Shown: positions 57,964 through 64,000 of the stretch, piece after piece | Layout: each line of letters begins with the position of its first letter | Numbering within the stretch: position 1 is the stretch's first letter | NCBI GenBank assembly: GCA_013265495.1 | Contig: MU057887.1 | Span: forward strand, 3,559,668 to 3,623,667 | Source: Vicugna vicugna | Lineage: Eukaryota | DNA: 64,000 bases | Reading direction: 5' to 3' | Notes under the pieces: generated by a model | Database searches by the model: none | What the model was told of the DNA's origin: nothing | The model's input: only the letters and a program-made list of their open reading frames with translations | Made by a program: the position numbers and the translations under genes

Positions 57964-59816
57964 TCTGCGCTCCAGCCTCACAGGCCTTCAGCCACTGTCC
58001 GCACCACCGCTCTCCGCGTTCGGAAACAAGATGCAGGTTCCCAAGCTTCAGAACTCACACCAGAGTTAACATCCAGGAGGTGTGCGTGAATGCTAAGTGG
58101 GAATCCTTCCAATTGCGGGAACTTCTGTAAATCTGAAAGTACGTCAAAACAGAACGTGTAAAGAAAAATCACACTCCAGAAGCTCTTACTTTAACTAGCT
58201 ACCGTATGCTTCAAGCTGTGTGAATACTTTCCCAGGACTTTGGCTGCAGAACCCAGCTCTAGTCCATTGCACAGCTGGGCCCCAGGTTTGCACAACCTCT
58301 GGAGGGCGGCAGGATGACACCCCGACCCGCTCAGGAAGCTCCAATCTGGCAGGAGGTAGGAGAAAACCTGGGCTTGGCCCCCGCAGTGGCTGCAGTAGAG
58401 TGAAGTGGAGGGGGTGCATCTGGAGGACAGAGGGGCAGCCTGGAGAAGGCAGGAGGTGGGACACAGGGCCCAGGGCATCAGCAAAGCCCTGCACACAGGG
58501 GACAGTGAGATGGGGCAGTGGACGCCTGCCCTGCCATGTTCTAAACTTCACCCCAGGAGCCACGTGGAGTCCCAGGGAGCTCAACAAAAACAAGTAGTGG
58601 TAAAAAGCCTGAGTGTGTTCTAGGGGGTGGGGGTGCAGGCAGACGTGCCTGCAGGAAACCACCCAAACCCCAACAGGACTTTGGGGGGCACCCCATGGCA
58701 CGAAGCTTCCTGGGAAAACCATGGAAGTGTCCAGGGCAGGTCCTACTCATGGGAGGCCAAGAGCTTTGTTTGGGGCGGGTGGAGTTGGGGGAGACAGCAA
58801 GCTCTTTTTCCTGGCTTTTCTTAAAACAGGTTTGCTTTTATTTGATCAAAATCAGAAGGACCAGAAGCAAAAGGACAAAACCACGGTGCTTCCCGTTTGT
58901 TGAAAGTACTTTTTGGGTCGAGGGAGATTTATGAAGTCTGTGCTCTCCACAGATAGCAAGTGGGGGATTCAGAAGTGCGGTGAGAAGGGAGGGGAGTCGT
59001 GTCTGGTACAGCAGTGGTGGCGGGGAGGTGGGGGAAGTACGGGGACAAAAGGGTGGGCTCTGGGCACCACAGCAGCGTCCACAGTGCTGAATGAAAAGGC
59101 GCCTCTGTCTCCCCTGCTGGGCTCTCGTCCTGACCACTGCTGTCTCAGCAGAGCCTGGTGCACAGATGCCCAACAGACTAGCTGAAGAGGAAATTCAGTA
59201 AAAAATCTTCAACGTGGACCTCATCACACAAGCTTACACTTACATTAAAAGTACGTCAGTGCTTTAAGGTCCAGTAAAACCAAAGACACCACAGAACTTT
59301 CATATTCAGCTCCCTGTTCTTCTTACTGTTTGAGGTGAGAAAAAGTTGAAGGAAACAGGAAGCACCTATGAAACCAAGCTTCCGCAGCAGGTGTGCCAGT
59401 GCTGCCTGGCAGGAACCGGACAGGGGCTCGCAGCTGCCCCAGGTCAGCCAGGAGCCGGCAGCCCTGCAGACCTACAGGCGAGAACAGACCACGACTCCAG
59501 CAAACGTAGTTTACAGAACGGTGCGTCTCAGGTTAGGGAAGTCCATTTGGATCCTAAGGTCCCTACTGAAACTGGTCAGATAATGCTCACCTGATTAATC
59601 CCCGGCTGGAAACACAAACCATCTGGCGCACATTAGGCCAGCCAGAGGCCAGAGAAAACTTCCTGCCCTTGTACGTCTTCCTTCGGCAGTTACACCGCAC
59701 TAAAACCCAGGCAGCGCTCATCTCAGTTCTCCTGTGTAAACCACGGGTTCCAGAGCCAGCTGCCTCAGGCACGTGGGGAAACAGATTCCCGGGCCCCCAG
59801 AGACATGCTGATGAGG

Positions 59817-59939
59817 CCCCAGGGGAGCAGCCTGACCCCAGGAGAGGATCCCGGCTCCCCAGGGGAGACGTCCGAACCCCCAGGGGAGGAGCGTGACCCT
59901 CAGGTGAGCAGCCCGAACCCCCGGGGGGGCAGGCCCGGA
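59817..59939. repeat. Degenerate ~20-bp minisatellite, ~6 units
   Basis: Recurrent CCCCAGGGGAG-N9/10 units. Confidence 0.65.
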
Positions 59940-60030
59940 GACCGTCCCGCGCGGACACGCAGGGTGAGGCCCGAGGAGCGCTGCGACAGCCCGCCCCGAT
60001 ACCCCGACAGCCCCAGCCGCGCGTGCTGAC

Positions 60031-60200
60031 CTCCTCCGCCCACGGCGCTGTCCCCTGAAGCGCGGCCGCCGGGGCTGCCCTCGGCCGGAAGCGGGGCGGT
60101 GGAAACGGAGAACAGAGGCGACGCCCTTGCCCGATCCTAACATGGCCGCGGAAGCCCGGCTGCCGTCCCGGCGGGCACCCGCCTGCCCGGAGTAAAGATG
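60031..60200 (-). other. ALG12: Putative ALG12 non-coding exon 1 (5' limit approximate)
   Basis: Donor-like GAG|GTCAGC on the - strand at 60031/60030 within the CpG island. Confidence 0.45.
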
Positions 60201-60529
60201 GCCGCCGAGGGCGGTGCTCGCGAGGGGCGGGCTCGGACCGCCACGCCTCCTGCGTCCACCCCTCCCGGCGGGACGCTGACCCGGGGCCTTCCTATTGGTC
60301 GCTCTCGTGGCGAGCTCGGATTGGGCCACATGAGGACCAGGAGACCAATAGCGGCGCGAGGCCTGGCGCGGGGCGGGACCCCGGCCGGCGTCGTCAAGTA
60401 GCCCCGGGAACGGCCGGCGCTGCGGAGCCGGTGGGCGGCCGGAGGCCGGATCGCTCTGCCGGTTCTCGCCGGACCTTGGCCAGTGCCCGCGCGACCGCGC
60501 CTTCGCAGCGCTGTGCGCCTCGGCCCGCC
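60080..60529. promoter_or_regulatory. ALG12/CRELD2 bidirectional CpG-island promoter
   Basis: Head-to-head genes; CCAAT/ATTGG boxes at 60294, 60320, 60345; GC boxes; YY1-like AAGATGGCCGCC at 60195; ETS-like CCGGAAG near 60085. Confidence 0.85.
60306..60324 (-). promoter_or_regulatory. ERSE (ER stress response element; NF-Y/ATF6)
   Basis: CGTGG-CGAGCTCGG-ATTGG is the exact reverse complement of CCAAT-N9-CCACG. Confidence 0.9.
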
Positions 60530-60658
60530 ATGCTCCCGCGGGCCCCGGCCGCGCTGGGGCTGCTGCTGCTGCTGCTGCCGCCGCCGCCGCCCGGCGAAGC
60601 CACCAAGAAGCCGACGCCCTGCAAGCGCTGCCGGGAGCTGGTGGACAAGTTCAACCAG
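60530..60658 (+). CDS. CRELD2: CRELD2 coding exon 1 (signal peptide, CXXC motif)
   Basis: CCCGCCATG; MLPRAPAALGLLLLLLPPPPPGEATKKPTPCKRCRELVDKFNQ; donor CAG|GTGGGC; 129 nt. Confidence 0.95.
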
Positions 60659-60712
60659 GTGGGCGGTCACCGTGCAGGGACACAGAGCCGGGGGTGGGCT
60701 AGGGTCCCCTCA

Positions 60713-61006
60713 CCATGGACCTGGGTCACCCCCATGATGGACTGGGGTCACTTCCTCCATGAACCTGAGTCACCACGCCGTGGATCCAGAGTTGCTCCAC
60801 TGGAACTGGGGTTACTCCCTCTGTGGACCCAGTGTCAGCTCACCATGGACCGGGGTCGCCCCTGCTGTGGAACCGGGGTTACCTTGCCATTGACCCAGGG
60901 TTACTTCATCACGGACCGTGGTCACTGTGCCATGGACAGGGGCCACTGTGCAATGCGGTAGAGTCACCCCCGCCGTGGACTCAGGTCATCTCGCTGTGGA
61001 CAGGGG
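60713..61006. repeat. Degenerate 21-22-bp minisatellite, ~14 units, in CRELD2 intron 1
   Basis: Recurrent C(C/T)(A/G)TGGAC-NN-GGGTCAC units. Confidence 0.8.
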
Positions 61007-61048
61007 CGAGGCAGCAGTGCTGAGCTCTGTGCCGCCCTCTCCCCGCAG

Positions 61049-61131
61049 GGAATGGTGGACACAGCAAAGAAGAACTTTGGCGGTGGAAACACAGCTTGGG
61101 AGGAAAAGACACTGTCCAAGTACGAGTTCAG
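61049..61131 (+). CDS. CRELD2: CRELD2 coding exon 2
   Basis: CTCCCCGCAG / GTGAGC; GMVDTAKKNFGGGNTAWEEKTLSKYEF; 83 nt. Confidence 0.95.
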
Positions 61132-61670
61132 GTGAGCAGACTACTCTCACCCGTCTGGCACCTGCCTCTGGTGCTTGAGGTGTCCTGGGAGCGCTGACAG
61201 ACACAGAGGGGTGCTTTGACACGGTCACAGTCACCTGGCCTTGCCTGGGGCTGGGACTGGTGTGCTGGCCCTGACTAGCCTTTTGGCTTGTCCCACCCAC
61301 TCTCCACACGACAGACACGGTGGTCTTTTAAAGACACAGATGGGGCTAACCCCCTCCCCCACTGCCACAAGCTTGGGCTTCCTCCTGCCCCTCTGCTGGG
61401 CTTCCTTTGGTAGACCCTGACACCTGATGTCCCAGCCCAAGGATGGACAGGCCTCCCTGAGCACCCCTGCCCTCCACATTTAATTCTCTGCCAGGTAGTG
61501 ACTACCCCCAGCTGCAGCTGGGGTGTTTGTTAGGGTCTTTTTTCACTAAACTGCCACCGTAGTCCTGGCCTGGCACCAGGCAGGGCCTCAGGACGTCATT
61601 GTGGAGTGGGCAGTGAGCACCAAGGCGCACCTTCCCCCGGCCTCACGGCACTGACGGCCTTGTGTTTCAG

Positions 61671-61781
61671 CGAGGTCCGCCTCCTGGAGATCGTGGAGGG
61701 CCTGTGTGGGAGCAGCGACTTCGAGTGCAACCAGCTGGTGGAGGAGCATGAGGAGCATCTGGAGGCCTGGTGGCTGCAGCT
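61671..61781 (+). CDS. CRELD2: CRELD2 coding exon 3
   Basis: TGTTTCAG / GTGAGT; EVRLLEIVEGLCGSSDFECNQLVEEHEEHLEAWWLQ; 111 nt. Confidence 0.95.
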
Positions 61782-62009
61782 GTGAGTCCCTCGCTTCTGA
61801 AGTCGAGTCAGATTTAGAGACGTCAGAGCAGTAGGAGTTCCCGCGTTCCGGTCTTTCATTCCCGGGGTGCAGTGATCTTGACGAGATTAGCGAGAAGTGT
61901 CTGCTTCCCAGACCCCGGGATATTCAGGAGCACATTTTACGTTCAACTGAGTTTTTGTTTAAGGACATCTGTTGTGTGAGATGTAGTGAACGCTTTTTAA
62001 AACCCATAG

Positions 62010-62101
62010 GAAGAAGAAGTATCCTGACTTATTTGAATGGTTTTGTGTGAAAACACTGAAAGTTTGTTGTTCTCCAGGAACTTACGGGCCGAACTGCCTG
62101 G
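62010..62101 (+). CDS. CRELD2: CRELD2 coding exon 4
   Basis: CCCATAG / GTACGT; KKKYPDLFEWFCVKTLKVCCSPGTYGPNCL; 92 nt. Confidence 0.95.
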
Positions 62102-62616
62102 GTACGTTTTTCCATGGGGACCCTCGAGTGTCCTGCATCATCCTTGCTATCCCTGTTGTGATTCCCAGGTGGGCAGAGGCGTAGGAGGGAACCTGGGGCC
62201 TTCTGTGGTTTACTGTCCTGGTGTCACCAAAGTCATTCATTGGTCACCTGGGCGAAGGGCACAGTCTTGGAGCCCAGAGCCCCCACTGGCTGCGGCCGCT
62301 CCTGCCTTCCCTGCTGGCCTGTGGCCACGGCAGGGTGTTCTCGCTCTCCTGTGTCTAAGTGCGCTGGGCTCCCACGAGGGCCACCCACTGGGCCTGCAGA
62401 CCCCAGGTGTCACAGCTTCTCCAGACCCCTTGCCCAGGGGCTTGTGTGCTCCTCAGACAGAACCACAGTTGCTTCCGGGGTAAAGGAGGGCTTGGATTTC
62501 ATCAGGAGACCCAGAAAGCTGTTATGAGCATGACCATGTCGCTTGAGTGAGGAACACTTCCTCTGGGTGAGAACACGGCCCAGGGTGCACTCTGAGCAGG
62601 GCTGGTGTCCCCACAG

Positions 62617-62793
62617 CATGCCAAGGAGGGTCCGAGCGGCCCTGCAGTGGGAATGGCCTCTGCAGTGGAGACGGCAGCAGACAGGGGGACGGGACCTGCC
62701 AGTGCCACCTGGGCTACCAGGGGCCACTGTGCACCGACTGCACAGCCGGGTACTTCAGCGCACTGAGGAACGCCACCCACAGCGTCTGCACAG
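62617..62793 (+). CDS. CRELD2: CRELD2 coding exon 5 (EGF-like domain); gene continues past the window
   Basis: CCCCACAG / GTACCG; CQGGSERPCSGNGLCSGDGSRQGDGTCQCHLGYQGPLCTDC...RNATHSVCT; 177 nt. Confidence 0.95.
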
Positions 62794-64000
62794 GTACCGC
62801 CGTCCGGGAGGCACACAGGAGCAGCCCCTTTCCCGAGCTGCTGCGTGGACGGGAGCGGGGGCACTGATGACCTCTCACCCAGACTCCTGGGAGCTTTGGG
62901 GAGACGCAGGCCCCTGGGGACCGTGAGAGGGAGATGAGGGGACCAGTACTTCCCGTCCCTTAGCATCCCTCCCCCTCCACCCCCTCCCTCCCCTCCCCCC
63001 GCATCCCCAGGAGGGCAGAGTGCTGCCCCTACCTCCCAGCGTCCTCCTGGAGGAGAACTCAGAGGGCCGACAGCACTGGGTCTTCAGTTCTGCTCTGTCC
63101 ACGCTGCTCTCGGGGCTTTGCGACCTGTGCCAGGCTGCTGTGGCACAAGCCTGCTCTCCCGGAGATGGTCCCAGCAGGACGGCTGGCCCTAGAGTGCCCT
63201 GCTGGCGTCCTCGGCATGCTACGGGGCGCAGAGGCCAGATATGCCCGCGGTCCCTGGGGCTCAGGGTCTGGGAGTGAACAGAGGGAGGCCCGAAGCAGTG
63301 CGCGAGGCGGGATGGTGAGATGAGAGAGAGGACGCCAGAGGCCACGCAGGGTGACCTCCTGGCCCCCACATCCCCTTCTAGAGGACACACTGTCTTGGTT
63401 ATCCTGGTGTCAGTTAAAGCAGGCCCTCCTACCTGGTCTTCAGAGGTGCCCTGGCCAGCATCCTGGGCTTCCCCCTTGAGTCTTGAGATGGGCCCTTGGG
63501 TCACCAGCCACACTGACCATTCACGTGGGGGAGGCCTGTGCCCTACTCCTGAGGCTGCATCAGCCCAGAGTGAGCATCTTGGACCCGCGCCTCCAGACGC
63601 AGCTCAAGCGGGCACGGATTTGTAAATCCGCGGAGGAAGGCACAAGGGGCACCCTTTCCCGATCCGTCTTCTCGTTGGTGTCACTGATGTACAGGAACAC
63701 TTTGTGGGTTTTTTTGGTGTCGGCAGTCATGTTGAATTCTCACGTTGGGGGCTGCCGCCCTCTGGGATGCTCCCTGCCGTGAACACGCTGCCGCCTAGAA
63801 GGCCGGGCCGCTACGGTTCTCACATCCAGTCTTTTCCCGGACCCTGGGGCGCCCTTGCGCGTTGGCGGTGGCACGTGCTCGCCCAGCTGGGCGTGGGCCC
63901 CGGCGTTTGGGTCATTCCCTCTGCCAGGTTATAAAAGAGTCCTTTGGAGTCCTCATTTGCTAGGAATTGTCTCGCTTGTGGACACCAGAGACCCCGTGGA

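Noticed and set aside
60713..61006. Regularly spaced repeats as a CRISPR-like array
   Set aside because: Eukaryotic intron; units are degenerate and abut without unique spacers; no cas genes.

Overview
Mammalian genomic DNA, most likely camelid (three tRNA-derived SINEs resembling the camelid Vic-1 family), syntenic with the ZBED4-ALG12-CRELD2 block of human 22q13.33. It holds ZBED4 (+; CpG-island promoter ~18.3-19.6 kb, ~19 kb first intron, single coding exon 38663-42116 interrupted by an N gap; a domesticated hAT transposase with four BED fingers), the complete ALG12 CDS (-; 9 coding exons, 1476 nt, 491 aa, one U12-type minor intron) and the first five coding exons of CRELD2 (+), which shares an ERSE-containing bidirectional promoter with ALG12. 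The rest is mostly L1, LTR, DNA-transposon and SINE remnants. Nearly all ORF-track entries are GC-rich noise. I see no convincing new multi-gene system. The most unusual signals are: a SINE-like, TSD-flanked, A-tailed retrocopy of only the R region of an ERV1 LTR whose full-length relative lies 37 kb away; strong local AT-to-GC drift seen by comparing repeat copies within the window; and degenerate minisatellites on both sides of the ALG12/CRELD2 promoter. Gene and repeat names come from recalled similarity, not database searches, and repeat boundaries are approximate.
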